DNA from: a virus | Virus record (IMG/VR): IMGVR_UViG_3300050821_006235 | Location: 1-64,000 of that record | Length of the DNA stretch: 64,000 nt | Direction: 5' to 3' (one strand) | Shown: positions 36,226 through 45,394 of the stretch, in pieces | How the letters are laid out: each line of letters begins with the position of its first letter | Position numbering within the stretch: the first letter of the stretch is position 1 | The notes under the pieces: model-generated | What the model saw: only the letters and a program-made list of their open reading frames with translations | Databases searched by the model: none | What the model was told of the DNA's origin: nothing | Made by a program: the position numbers and the translations under genes

Positions 36226-37140
36226 CTAGTGGTCAGTGTCCAGCATCGCCTTGAGCTGCTTTTCGATCATATCGACCGTCTTGTCCTGCGGCAGCGCCGC
36301 ACCCTTGAGCTGCTCAAAGGTACCTCGGAACACCGCCACCTCCGCGTCCTCCTCGATGAGCGCCTGCCCGGCCGGTGAGTCCACGTACACGACCTCCGGA
36401 TCGAGGGGCTGTGCGAACGTCAGGTGGACGAACGAGCCGGGGATACCGGGATGCGCGCCAGCGGAGAACGGGATCACCTGGAGGACCACGCTGGGGTGGG
36501 CGGCCGCGGCGAGGAGGTGCTGCAACTGCCCGCGCATGACCTGCGGGCCTCCCACGACGCGGTGAAGTACGGCCTCATCGAAGATCGCCCACAGGCGTTT
36601 CAGAGGCTGGCCGGCGTTTGGCTGCTCGTCGTCGGCTGCGAGGAGGAGGCGCTGGCGGTACAGGCGCTGGCGGTGCAGGCGTATCTCAACGCGACTTTCC
36701 ACCACGTCCGCGGCCAGGCCCGGGGCGACGCCTTGGATGGTGGCCCGCGCGTAATCCTCGGTTTGGAGGAGGCCGGGGACGACGGTCCCCTCGTAGGTGC
36801 GGACGACATCGGCTTCGTCTTCGAGGCCGATGTAGGTGGCGTGCCCGCTGGTCAGGGCTCCGGTGTAGGGCTGCCACCAGCCGCGTTGGCGCGCCTCGCG
36901 GACGAGGGTGAGGATCGCGTCCCGCCTGTCTCCGCTGACGCCGTACAGGTCGAGGAGTTCGCAGACCATGGCCGCCTGGGGTTTGGTCGCCAGACGGTTT
37001 TCCAGGCGCAGCAGCTTCGGTTTGGACCAGCCGAGGGCTTTCGCCGCTTGGTCGGCGGTGCGGCCGTCCTGCTCGCGGAGTCGGCGGAGTTCGGCGGCGA
37101 GCCGGCGGAGCCGGACGGTTGGGCTTTGGCTGGCTGCCAT
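36226..37140 (-). CDS. XRE HTH-DUF5753 regulator (WhiJ/Scr1-like)
   Basis: RRLAAELRRLRE..RGWW..VPGLLQTEDYA..DEAVLHR..QVIPF. Confidence 0.92.
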   Translation of the reverse strand: MAASQSPTVRLRRLAAELRRLREQDGRTADQAAKALGWSKPKLLRLENRLATKPQAAMVCELLDLYGVSGDRRDAILTLVREARQRGWWQPYTGALTSGHATYIGLEDEADVVRTYEGTVVPGLLQTEDYARATIQGVAPGLAADVVESRVEIRLHRQRLYRQRLLLAADDEQPNAGQPLKRLWAIFDEAVLHRVVGGPQVMRGQLQHLLAAAAHPSVVLQVIPFSAGAHPGIPGSFVHLTFAQPLDPEVVYVDSPAGQALIEEDAEVAVFRGTFEQLKGAALPQDKTVDMIEKQLKAMLDTDH

Positions 37141-37406
37141 AGTGGGGCTCCTGCTGGCCGGTCCGACCGTGGCCGGGTCCCGGGCGTATAGAACCCGGCA
37201 AAATCTGTACCTTGCAAATTTTAGCCCATGAGGGCATGCTGGTCGTCTCGCCGGTGGGGAGACCGACGAGACGATCGACGACAGTCCCGCCGCCCCGGGT
37301 GGCCATCAACTGATTGGCCCGTTCCGCCACCCGGGCGGTGGAAACCAATGTAACCGCGCGGCAAACAGAACGCCATGGAAATGGGCGTGTTGTGCCGCAC
37401 GTGTAT

Positions 37407-37832
37407 TCAATCCGTGACGTCGCCAGCCGTCAGCTTGATCTCATAGGCGTCCCGGATCCGTTCAGTACCATCCAGCCCCGTGATGACCACGACAGGTGCG
37501 CCTGCGGCCAACCCGAGACGCCGCCGTTCATCGGCTGTTGCGGGGCGGATGATGGCCTCTTCTCCCCGCTTGAGCTCTTCCACGACCCGCTCCCCCATCT
37601 CCCGCACTACGGCGCGTACGCCCTGCTCAGCAGCGATGAGGTGTTCTACGGCGAGAACGGTGAGCGCCTTGCGTACCGTGGCAACGCTCACCCGGTAGGT
37701 GTCGGCGAGGTCGGGCGCCGAACGCAGGCGGTCCCCCGGTTGATACTCCCCCGACACGATCCGCCTGCGGATGTCGTCCGCTACCTGGATGTACTTGGGC
37801 GCATAGAGCGTGGGGTCAACGGGCTCTGGCAT
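37407..37832 (-). CDS. GntR-family regulator (paralog of 20642..21052)
   Basis: KYIQVADDIRRRIVSGEYQPGDRL..VSVATVRKAL. Confidence 0.9.
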   Translation of the reverse strand: MPEPVDPTLYAPKYIQVADDIRRRIVSGEYQPGDRLRSAPDLADTYRVSVATVRKALTVLAVEHLIAAEQGVRAVVREMGERVVEELKRGEEAIIRPATADERRRLGLAAGAPVVVITGLDGTERIRDAYEIKLTAGDVTD

Positions 37833-38049
37833 GCGGGAACTCTATGGACGCATCACTGCACGGTTTCATTGTGGTCGATGCGCCAATGCGGCGATACAGC
37901 GATGTCCTATTGAGCTGGCCATATTCGGCCATGGATGTGGGTTCATTACGTCGGGGAGGCCAGAAGCACCTCTGCGGCCGGAGACGGATACCGGGGGGAA
38001 CGCTTATCCTGAGGGCTCCGCGTCTCTTCACTGGCCTGGACTGGCGCGA

Positions 38050-38089
38050 CGAAGGCCCCCAGACCGTCCGCTGACGGTGGGGGCCTTCG
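38050..38089. terminator. terminator hairpin
   Basis: CGAAGGCCCCCA...TGGGGGCCTTCG just after DUF397 stop. Confidence 0.7.
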
Positions 38090-38098
38090 GTTTCGTGG

Positions 38099-38302
38099 TC
38101 AGGCGAGGTCGGACTTCAACCGGCCGGTGAACGACCGCCAGTGCGACGGGCTGAACACCAGCGCCGGGCCTTGCGGGTCGGTGCTGTCGCGAACCGCGAC
38201 GATGCCCGGGAGGTTGCGGGCAACTTCAACGCAGGTGTCCGCATTGACGCTGCTGGTGGACTTGTGCCATTGGGCGCGCGAAAGATCATGCGGTGTGGTC
38301 AT
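38099..38302 (-). CDS. DUF397 protein
   Basis: WHKSTSS..CVEVA..VAVRDSTDP.GPAL.F..W..F. Confidence 0.92.
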   Translation of the reverse strand: MTTPHDLSRAQWHKSTSSVNADTCVEVARNLPGIVAVRDSTDPQGPALVFSPSHWRSFTGRLKSDLA

Positions 38303-38314
38303 TGGCCTGGACCT

Positions 38315-39157
38315 TTACCTTTTGGCGGCGGCGTCGATCAGTGCCGCCGACTCCTGTGGGGTGAGCGCATCCTGCCGGAGTCGCTCCATCGCCACATTAC
38401 AACGGGCCACCTGCTGAGGCCGTTCGAGGTACGTGGCCCCGTGGAAGCCCTCGTGGTACCCAACGTCTGGGTCGGCCGGCTCGGCGAACCGCAGCACGAT
38501 CAGCCCTCCTTCGAGACCGGCGTGGGTGCCGATCGCCTTCGGCAGGATCTGGATCGTGACGTTGGGGCGTCTGGCGTCAGCCGCGAGCCGGTACAACTGG
38601 TCGCGCATGACATCAGCGCCGCCGATCGGCCGCTCCAGGACCGCCTCGTCCAGGACGACCCTCACGCGCGGCGGATCCTGTGCTCGGGTCAGGAGCGTCT
38701 GGCGCAGCATCCGCACCTTGAGCCACCGTTCGACCTCGTCGACATGGTCGGGTGCTGCGGCGGTGAAGATCTCGCGGGCGTAGTCCTGGGTTTGGAGCAG
38801 GCCGGGGATTACCTGAGGTGCCCAGCCGTCGATCTCGGAAGCTGCGTCTTCGAGCGGGATGTACGGGCCGTCGATGAGGTCGACGTAGTCGGTCCACCAG
38901 TTGCGGCGTTCCGCCTCACTGGCGAGGGCGAGGAGTTCGGCGCTTGCCGGGCTGTTGACGCCGTACAGGCCGAGCATCAGGGCGACGTCTTCGACGCTGG
39001 CCTTGTTGCGGCAGGACTCGATGTGGCCGACCTTGGCGGTACTCCAGCCGAAGCTCGCAGCGGTGGCGGCCATGGTCAGACCGGCCGCTTCTCGGTACTC
39101 CCGCAGGCTGCGGGCGAGGCGGCGGGCTCTCACGCTCGGAATGTACGCGGGTGGCAT
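38315..39157 (-). CDS. XRE HTH-DUF5753 regulator
   Basis: RRLARSLREYREAAGLT..NWW..IPGLLQTQDYA..DEAVL. Confidence 0.92.
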   Translation of the reverse strand: MPPAYIPSVRARRLARSLREYREAAGLTMAATAASFGWSTAKVGHIESCRNKASVEDVALMLGLYGVNSPASAELLALASEAERRNWWTDYVDLIDGPYIPLEDAASEIDGWAPQVIPGLLQTQDYAREIFTAAAPDHVDEVERWLKVRMLRQTLLTRAQDPPRVRVVLDEAVLERPIGGADVMRDQLYRLAADARRPNVTIQILPKAIGTHAGLEGGLIVLRFAEPADPDVGYHEGFHGATYLERPQQVARCNVAMERLRQDALTPQESAALIDAAAKR

Positions 39158-39313
39158 GGGGTCATCTTCGCTGACTCGGGGTGGCGCACGGTGGCGCGTG
39201 GCCACATCGTGCCAAGATTCTTTGTTGATTCTACTTGCCGACTGTAGAAGCTACAGCGCAGGATGCGGATACAGCGTGACTCCGATACGTACCGTACGCC
39301 TCAGGTGGCCAGC

Positions 39314-39766
39314 ATGAGCCCGGTTCAGCACCAAGCGGCGGAACATCTCGCCGAACCCGTCGCATGGGCGGACGCCCACCACAGGTGGACCTTCTCCCGC
39401 ACCGGCAAACGCGGTGATGTCGCCCACCGGGTTCAGCAATCCCGGTACGCGTTCAAGGGCTTCGCCGAGAAGCTGTTCGGCAACAGTGACCGCACCAGCG
39501 AACTGGAGCTAGCCGCCGAGGAGCTGTTCGTCAACGCTGCCGAGCACGGCGACGGACCCACCGTGACGGTGTCGTTCATCGTCTGCGGGAACACCCTCCG
39601 CCTTGAAGTGCACGACGGTGGTACGGCTCCGATCGGCAAGCCGGACGGCGACGAGTTGGCGGAGACCGGGCGCGGCCAGTTCCTCGTCGACGCGTTCACC
39701 GATAGATGCGGCATCGACCAGAACCGGCGCGGTACGACCGCATGGTTCGAGGTGGATCCGTCATGA
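39314..39766 (+). CDS. HATPase_c / anti-sigma-like ATP-binding protein (AbaA-like)
   Basis: ELFVNAAEHG..EVHDGG..ETGRGQFLV..WFE. Confidence 0.88.
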   Translation: MSPVQHQAAEHLAEPVAWADAHHRWTFSRTGKRGDVAHRVQQSRYAFKGFAEKLFGNSDRTSELELAAEELFVNAAEHGDGPTVTVSFIVCGNTLRLEVHDGGTAPIGKPDGDELAETGRGQFLVDAFTDRCGIDQNRRGTTAWFEVDPS

Positions 39767-40074
39767 GTTCCCGCAGGGCAGGCAGGCACGCGCGTGTAGG
39801 TCCACGTCTCCGCGCCGCCGCCGTCCTCCGGGTGGGGGGAGGTCGCGAGCCGGGTTCCGATGCCCGTCGGCTCGCGGCCGGGTTGGTGGTGGCGGCCCCA
39901 TGGTGGCCTGTTCCGCCGCTGCCACCAACCACACAACGTCACCCGCGAGCACCCGGGCGGCGGACAGGGCAGGTCTCTCCGTCGCCCCCGTTGGGGAGAC
40001 CTGCCCGCGCAGACGAGGGCGCGGCGGAACCGTCGACCCGCCGTGCCCTCCCGGACAACCAGGAGGTGGAGTGA
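39763..40074 (+). CDS. hypothetical low-complexity protein
   Basis: ATGA coupling. Confidence 0.35.
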   Translation: MSSRRAGRHARVGPRLRAAAVLRVGGGREPGSDARRLAAGLVVAAPWWPVPPLPPTTQRHPRAPGRRTGQVSPSPPLGRPARADEGAAEPSTRRALPDNQEVE

Positions 40075-40256
40075 TGCAACCGCCCGAACCTGAGGACGTC
40101 GTCCCCGAGGAAGAGCCGGACGGCGACATGCAGGCCGAGAAGCCCGCACCCCGCACCTACCCGCGTGGCGGCTACTGGGACCAGGTCGACGAAGCCGCTC
40201 GGAGACCGGCAACCCCGCCGGTCGAGCCAGAGGAGACAGCAGATGAACAGCCCTGA
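40074..40256 (+). CDS. small acidic hypothetical protein
   Basis: GGAGG RBS, MQPPEPE... Confidence 0.45.
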   Translation: MQPPEPEDVVPEEEPDGDMQAEKPAPRTYPRGGYWDQVDEAARRPATPPVEPEETADEQP

Positions 40257-40449
40257 CCTGTCCGGCGCCGCCTGGCGCAAGAGCATCCGCAGCGCGTCCA
40301 ACGAGGCGTGTGTGGGCGTCGCCCCGCTCACCGGCGCTGTGGGCGTCCGCGACCAGAAGGACCCGACCGGGCCCGCGCTCGTGTTCGGCGCCGACGCCTG
40401 GTCCCGGTTCGCCGGCGCGGCCCGGTCCGGCCGCTACGACCTGGCCTGA
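40243..40449 (+). CDS. DUF397 protein (third copy)
   Basis: WRKSIRS..ACVGVA..VGVRDQKDP.GPAL.F. Confidence 0.9.
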   Translation: MNSPDLSGAAWRKSIRSASNEACVGVAPLTGAVGVRDQKDPTGPALVFGADAWSRFAGAARSGRYDLA

Positions 40450-40606
40450 CCGCCCCATGAACGCGCGACGGCGCGGGAGCCATCCCGTACATCCCCGTGG
40501 GGTTGGAACACCTCCCGTGCCGCCGCGCCACCCTTCGGGCCGGGCCCGAAGGTGCATCACCAAGCGCGGACCAGCCGCGCCGGAAGGCTTCTAGGAGGAA
40601 GCCGAG

Positions 40607-41044
40607 ATGACTACCCTGACCGAAAGGACGGCCCCGGCCGTCGCGAACCCGAGGGACCTGGTCTCCCCCGAGCTGTTCGGCAAGCTCGTCGACCGGGTCA
40701 TGCGGGACGAGCAGGTCACGGAGGGCTACGCCGAGAGGGTGATCGACCAGACCCTCGTGTTCCTCATCGCGTGCGCCGGCAACGGGTCGGGGCTCAAGCT
40801 GTCCCCGTCCACTCCGGTGGACCCCGGCTGGCATGCGTTCGTCCTGCACACCGAGGACTACGCCGAATTCTGCCAGCGGGTCGCCGGGCGCTTCATCCAC
40901 CACCGGCCCATCATGGACACCGACATCCGGTCCGGTGCGGCGCTGGAGCGCACCGTGATCGCAATGCACGCCACCGGGTACCCGGTGGATGCGGACCTGT
41001 GGTCCGGTGCGACGAGCTGCGGTTCCGGATGCGAGCCACGGTAG
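40607..41044 (+). CDS. glycine-rich-domain (GRDP-like) protein with Cys-containing C-terminus
   Basis: SPS..VD.GWHAFVLHT.DYA.FC..GRFIHH.P; ends SCGSGCEPR. Confidence 0.75.
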   Translation: MTTLTERTAPAVANPRDLVSPELFGKLVDRVMRDEQVTEGYAERVIDQTLVFLIACAGNGSGLKLSPSTPVDPGWHAFVLHTEDYAEFCQRVAGRFIHHRPIMDTDIRSGAALERTVIAMHATGYPVDADLWSGATSCGSGCEPR

Positions 41045-41069
41045 TCGCGGAAGGCTGAGAAAGGCCCTG

Positions 41070-41885
41070 ATGGCGCGTTGCGACTGGAGCGACCTGCCCG
41101 CCGATGTGCGGGAGGCCGTTCAGGAACACACTGGTGTGGTGAGCAGGGCTGTACCGGCGAAGACCGGGGAGCACTCCGATATCGCCGCCGCCCTGCACAC
41201 ACCCTCGGGACGCGTGTTCGTCAAAGGGGCACGCACATGCACCGAGGGACCTGACCTGTGGTCGCTGCGCCGCGAGGCACTGATCAACCCGCACGTCACG
41301 CAGTACGCCCCCCGGCTTCTGTGGGAAGTAGAGGCCGGGGGGTGGCTCATGCTCGGCTTCGAGTACGTCGAGGCCCGTCACGCTGACTACACCCCAGGAT
41401 CAGCAGACCTCCCTGTCCTGGCAAAGATCGTGGACGCGTTCCAGTCCATGCCGTGCCCCGACGTGGTGACGAGGCGGGTGGAAACCCACTGGGCCGACTT
41501 CACCGACGACGTGTCACCGATGGCCGGGACGTCGATGCTGCATATGGATCTCAATCCCGCCAACCTGCTATTCACCTCAGACGACCGGGTCTACGTCATC
41601 GATTGGGGTTTCGCCCGCCGCGGTGCGGCCTGGGTGGAACTCGCGACCCTGATCCAGTGGTTGACCATCAACGGGCACAGCCCCCAGCAGGCGGAGGAGT
41701 GGGTCGGTCAGTTCCCCGCTTGGCGTGCTGTGGTCCCGGCGGTGCTGGATCTCTTCGCCGACGCAAACGCCGCAAGGTGGCGGAGCCTGACCGCCGACGA
41801 CCCCCCATCTTGGGCGGTGACCCTCGCGGAGCACACCCAGAGTTGGGCGGAATACCGGCAGCCGCGGCGCACAGGTCCGCCATGA
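41070..41885 (+). CDS. aminoglycoside-phosphotransferase-like kinase
   Basis: VFVKG, LLHMDLNPANLL-like motif, VIDWG. Confidence 0.85.
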   Translation: MARCDWSDLPADVREAVQEHTGVVSRAVPAKTGEHSDIAAALHTPSGRVFVKGARTCTEGPDLWSLRREALINPHVTQYAPRLLWEVEAGGWLMLGFEYVEARHADYTPGSADLPVLAKIVDAFQSMPCPDVVTRRVETHWADFTDDVSPMAGTSMLHMDLNPANLLFTSDDRVYVIDWGFARRGAAWVELATLIQWLTINGHSPQQAEEWVGQFPAWRAVVPAVLDLFADANAARWRSLTADDPPSWAVTLAEHTQSWAEYRQPRRTGPP

Positions 41886-41944
41886 CCGCGAGGTGCGCGG
41901 CTTCGTAGTCGCCGGCTGACCCCCTGATCGGAAGGACCCCCCAC

Positions 41945-42421
41945 ATGAGCAACACAACGGCTGCGGCCCGCATGGCGGGCGTGGTCGCGGCGGCCATCCT
42001 GCTGCTGACCGGCGCCCAGAAGTGCGACACGACCACCAGCGGCGGAAGCGGTGGCGGCGGCAACGCTGGAACGTCGGGTGACTGCACGTTCCAGGAGGTA
42101 CGCCCGCCGTCAACGTTCCCGGCGCCCGACGGATCCACCCTGTGGATCACCTCGGCGGTGATCGTGGCATGCGACCCGCCGCCGACCTCGCACCGGCTGG
42201 TGATGCAACTCCAGAAGTACTCGGGTGGCGCATGGGTCACGATCTGGATTGAACACCCGGACACGACCATCCCGGGTCCGGGCGGATACCGGTCTGTGAT
42301 CGTCTACAACGCCTGCGACCCGGGACGGTGGCGGCTGAAGGTGCGGATCACCGGCAGCACCAAAGCCGGCACCCCGTACCAGGTGAACCAAGTAACCACC
42401 ACGTCACGGATTACGTGCTGA
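41945..42421 (+). CDS. secreted/lipoprotein
   Basis: Signal peptide ending LTGAQKC, Gly/Ser linker, beta-rich domain. Confidence 0.7.
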   Translation: MSNTTAAARMAGVVAAAILLLTGAQKCDTTTSGGSGGGGNAGTSGDCTFQEVRPPSTFPAPDGSTLWITSAVIVACDPPPTSHRLVMQLQKYSGGAWVTIWIEHPDTTIPGPGGYRSVIVYNACDPGRWRLKVRITGSTKAGTPYQVNQVTTTSRITC

Positions 42422-42430
42422 GATGGTGTC

Positions 42431-42736
42431 ATGACAGAGCGAGATGAGCCGGGCCTGCTCACGGCGGGACTCCGGTACGGCGGCCCGTCGCGTCGCCGCT
42501 GGTGGCGCAGGCTACGCCGCCGCCGTCGAACGGAACCCCAGGCGTCCTGGATCCTCCAGCACTTCGACACCTCGGGCTGGACGCTGAGGCTCCGCAGCTC
42601 AACACCGGGAGATCTTGAGTTGCCCCTCGCGTTCACCAACCCGCTCCTGGCAGCCGATGACGCCACGGCGGCATACGAGTGGGCGCTGGCCGCGCTGCCC
42701 GCAAACGTCACGCACACCGTCGCTGTGGCCTCCTGA
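42431..42736 (+). CDS. hypothetical protein
   Basis: Arg-rich N-terminus, coupled to next gene. Confidence 0.45.
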   Translation: MTERDEPGLLTAGLRYGGPSRRRWWRRLRRRRRTEPQASWILQHFDTSGWTLRLRSSTPGDLELPLAFTNPLLAADDATAAYEWALAALPANVTHTVAVAS

Positions 42737-42945
42737 TGGCCCCGCCGCTGTGCACCAAGGAGGAGGCGTTCGAGAACGCCGCGCGGGTCATGTCGGCCGC
42801 GTGGGCCGAGCTCGCCCGCAAGACCCCCGAACAGGCCGCAGAGGACGCCTACCGGCCCGGCGGGCCCTCGAAAGAGGAGATCGCGAACCGTATCCGCACG
42901 TGGCGCGCAGAGGCCCGTGCCCAGCGCGGTGCGACCGGAGACTGA
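42736..42945 (+). CDS. hypothetical protein
   Basis: TPEQAAEDAYRPGGPS..I. Confidence 0.6.
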   Translation: MAPPLCTKEEAFENAARVMSAAWAELARKTPEQAAEDAYRPGGPSKEEIANRIRTWRAEARAQRGATGD

Positions 42946-43003
42946 TCCGCGAACAGGCCCTCTGCGGTGCATCCCTTTGCCGGCCACCAGGTAGACCGGC
43001 CTT

Positions 43004-43207
43004 GTGGGTGCACGCTGGACGGTGCAGGGCAAGCCGGGCTGGGAGATCGAGGCGATCCGGCTGGACGGCCGCGACACCATCCGGGTCCGGCATCACGGCG
43101 TGCTGGTCGCCTACTGCTCTTCCGGCGTGGAGCTGGAGCGGGTGCTCGGCCGGCACGGCATCACCCTCGCGGACCTGGTCGAGGTGCCCGAGCCGGACCG
43201 CGGCTAG
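43004..43207 (+). CDS. small hypothetical protein
   Basis: EAIRLDG..RVRHHG..LADLVE. Confidence 0.55.
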   Translation: MGARWTVQGKPGWEIEAIRLDGRDTIRVRHHGVLVAYCSSGVELERVLGRHGITLADLVEVPEPDRG

Positions 43208-43605
43208 AGCTGGCTTGTGGACGGCGGCTCTACCGGCCCCGCCCGGTCGATCCCGATCGCGGTCCACTCCGCGACGGTGGCGGGGTCGAGGTCGTCGCCC
43301 GCGGCCTCCGCGCACAGCCTGGCCATGACCTCGTACCGGCTCCGCTCGTGCTCGCCGCGGGTTCCGAGCGCGAGCCCTGCCAGCAGGCCCGTTTGCTGGG
43401 ACAGCAGGTCGGCGCGGAGCATCGTCCCGTCCGGGCTGGCCGCTTCCCGGATGGCCTCGATCGCGGTTGCTCGCTCCGTGCCGACAGGGTCGCCTTGGAC
43501 CGGCTTGCCGTCTGGGCCGGGGACGACTGCGTAGCGGGAGGCGGTTCCGTGGATCCAGGCCAGCATGATCCCGTCGTGGGCGGGTGGGGTGCGTCGTACG
43601 GCCAT
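43204..43605 (-). CDS. putative SOS-regulated hypothetical protein
   Basis: SOS-like box just upstream. Confidence 0.6.
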   Translation of the reverse strand: MAVRRTPPAHDGIMLAWIHGTASRYAVVPGPDGKPVQGDPVGTERATAIEAIREAASPDGTMLRADLLSQQTGLLAGLALGTRGEHERSRYEVMARLCAEAAGDDLDPATVAEWTAIGIDRAGPVEPPSTSQL

Positions 43606-43615
43606 GGTCTCAGGC

Positions 43616-43631
43616 TAGAACAGGTGTACGA
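43616..43631. promoter_or_regulatory. actinobacterial LexA (SOS) box-like site
   Basis: TAGAACAGGTGTACGA vs consensus TCGAAC-N4-GTTCGA (2 mismatches), abutting a TAGCCT -10 on the minus strand. Confidence 0.55.
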
Positions 43632-43689
43632 ACTGGGCGAGATGGGCGTTAGCGATCTATGCCCATTTCGTTCTCACCCTTCCGCAGGA

Positions 43690-43711
43690 ACCTTAAGGTC
43701 TGTAAGGTCTG
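43690..43711 (+). promoter_or_regulatory. promoter/operator of ParB-N/Phd operon
   Basis: ACCTTAAGGT palindrome and tandem TAAGGTCTG repeats just before ATG 43716. Confidence 0.5.
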
Positions 43712-43715
43712 ACTC

Positions 43716-44120
43716 ATGAGCACACAACAGGTCGCCAACCCCCTTGGTCTCGAAGTCGTCTACGTGAGCGGCGTCGAAGCCCCCCACGACGCCCGCGAGG
43801 CCGACAAGCTCGCCGAGATCACCGCGAGCATGGAGGCTGGCGGCTGGGTCGGTGCCCCGATCGTCGCCTCCCGCGCGATGTACGAGCGCGGCCAGGACCG
43901 CGCGTACACCGGCTCCCACCGCATCCAGGCGTGGCGGGACGCTGTCGGCGGCGAACTGCCCTGCGTCTTCATCGAGGACATCGCCGAGACGGCCGGGCTT
44001 GACTGGGACGAGCTGATGGACGACCACCGAGGCGACGACTGGGACGCAGCCACCGCGGTCGCCTACGCCGTTCCCGCCGCTGTGCGCGAGGCGTACGGCA
44101 TGGACATCGGTGGCGCGTGA
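43716..44120 (+). CDS. stand-alone ParB/Srx N-terminal-domain protein
   Basis: KLAEITASM..GWVGAPIV..TGSHRIQA. Confidence 0.75.
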   Translation: MSTQQVANPLGLEVVYVSGVEAPHDAREADKLAEITASMEAGGWVGAPIVASRAMYERGQDRAYTGSHRIQAWRDAVGGELPCVFIEDIAETAGLDWDELMDDHRGDDWDAATAVAYAVPAAVREAYGMDIGGA

Positions 44121-44524
44121 TGGCCGAACACATCGGTATCGAAGAGGCCCGCAAGAACCTCGGCCCCCTCGTCAGCCGGGTCCAGTACTCCGGAGCCGAG
44201 ATCATCCTGACCCGCAACAGCAAGCCCGCCGCCATGCTCGTCCCGATCCCCCAGGAGCCCGCCATGACCGACGCCCGACGCTGGAAAGTCACCATCGAGT
44301 CGACTGGTTCCGAGCCCGTGTTCAGCAAGACGGTCAAAACCCTTCAGCACCCCGAGGAAGTGGGGCGCGGGCTGCTGCTCTGGTGGGTGAAGCAGAACGG
44401 CCCCAAGGATGGGCAAGGGCAGCCATACGCCGCTCAGGTTGACCCGCTCGGAAGCGGTGACGGCCGCTACGTGACCCTGTCCGACATCAAGGACGAGCTG
44501 AAGAGCCTCGGCCTGGAGCCCTGA
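44117..44524 (+). CDS. Phd/YefM antitoxin domain fused to an unknown domain
   Basis: IGIEEARKNLGPLVSRV..IILTRNSKPAAMLVP; internal RBS plus ATG at 44264. Confidence 0.75.
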   Translation: MMAEHIGIEEARKNLGPLVSRVQYSGAEIILTRNSKPAAMLVPIPQEPAMTDARRWKVTIESTGSEPVFSKTVKTLQHPEEVGRGLLLWWVKQNGPKDGQGQPYAAQVDPLGSGDGRYVTLSDIKDELKSLGLEP

Positions 44525-44587
44525 CCCGCCCGCGACGAAACGCCCCCCCTGCGGTCCTCACCTACACCCAAGGAGCCAGCCATGACG
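44521..44587 (+). repeat. cassette junction repeat, copy 1
   Basis: TGACC..CGACGAAACGCCCCC..TCCTC..TACACCCAAGGAGCC.GCCATGACG. Confidence 0.75.
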
Positions 44588-44938
44588 AAGACCCGGACCA
44601 GCCCCCGCGAGACCGCCCGCCGCGCGATGCTGGACGCCACGGAGCCGCTGGGCGAGAACCCTGCGCGGCAGGCCGACGCAACCACCGCCGCCGTCGGCGT
44701 CCTGCTCGGCATCGGAATCCAGAAGCGCGCCGACGGGCTCGGCCGGGACTCCGCCAGCGGGATCGTCGGGATCGTCGCCGGGGCGATCGAAGAGGCCATC
44801 GACGCGCACTCGCCGGACTTGGATGAGCGGTTGCGCCTGTCGGAGCAGGTGTGGGGCGCGCTGATCGTCCACGCCGAGCACACCTCCGGCGAGCACGGCG
44901 GGTGTACGGGTCCGTGCAGGCCGAGCGAGCACATCTGA
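44582..44938 (+). CDS. hypothetical protein (cassette)
   Basis: Bounded by junction repeats. Confidence 0.7.
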   Translation: MTKTRTSPRETARRAMLDATEPLGENPARQADATTAAVGVLLGIGIQKRADGLGRDSASGIVGIVAGAIEEAIDAHSPDLDERLRLSEQVWGALIVHAEHTSGEHGGCTGPCRPSEHI

Positions 44939-44994
44939 CCCCGCACGACGAAACGCCCCCTCGATCCTCTACACCCAAGGAGCCCGCCATGACG
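44935..44994 (+). repeat. cassette junction repeat, copy 2
   Basis: Same blocks as copy 1. Confidence 0.75.
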
Positions 44995-45378
44995 CTCTCT
45001 GATCGCGACATGCAGACCCTCGCCGACCTTTCCCGGAATGGGACCCGAACCGGGTCGAGCGCCGACTACGCCACACTCGTGGAAGCGGGCTACGCCAAGC
45101 CCCTGCCGCTCGGCAAGTACGAGATCACCAAGGCGGGCGCCGCTGCCGCGAGGGCGGCGGCCACACCCTCCTCTGCCTGGATCTTGGATGCGGACTGCTC
45201 CGAGGGGCTGCTGATGGACCTGGCCCGGCAGGCATCCGGTCGGGTTATCGACGCCAGCGGCGGTGAGGGCTATCAGTCCGGCGTCTGCGCACCCGGCGTG
45301 ACCGCCCCCGACTGGATGGCGCAGGTCGCGACCATGCTGAAGGACCGCGAGATCGCGCACGATCTCCATCGGCGCTGA
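44989..45378 (+). CDS. hypothetical protein (cassette), winged-helix-like N-terminus
   Basis: LVEAGYA..GKYEITKAG. Confidence 0.7.
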   Translation: MTLSDRDMQTLADLSRNGTRTGSSADYATLVEAGYAKPLPLGKYEITKAGAAAARAAATPSSAWILDADCSEGLLMDLARQASGRVIDASGGEGYQSGVCAPGVTAPDWMAQVATMLKDREIAHDLHRR

Positions 45379-45394
45379 CCCCGGACACAACGAG

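Noticed and set aside
41070-41885. Aminoglycoside resistance gene
   Set aside because: Only the general APH/kinase fold is supported; context points to a regulatory module
44521-44994. Junction repeats as a CRISPR array or attC sites
   Set aside because: Only two full copies, spacers are whole genes, no cas genes, no attC R-box/L-box structure
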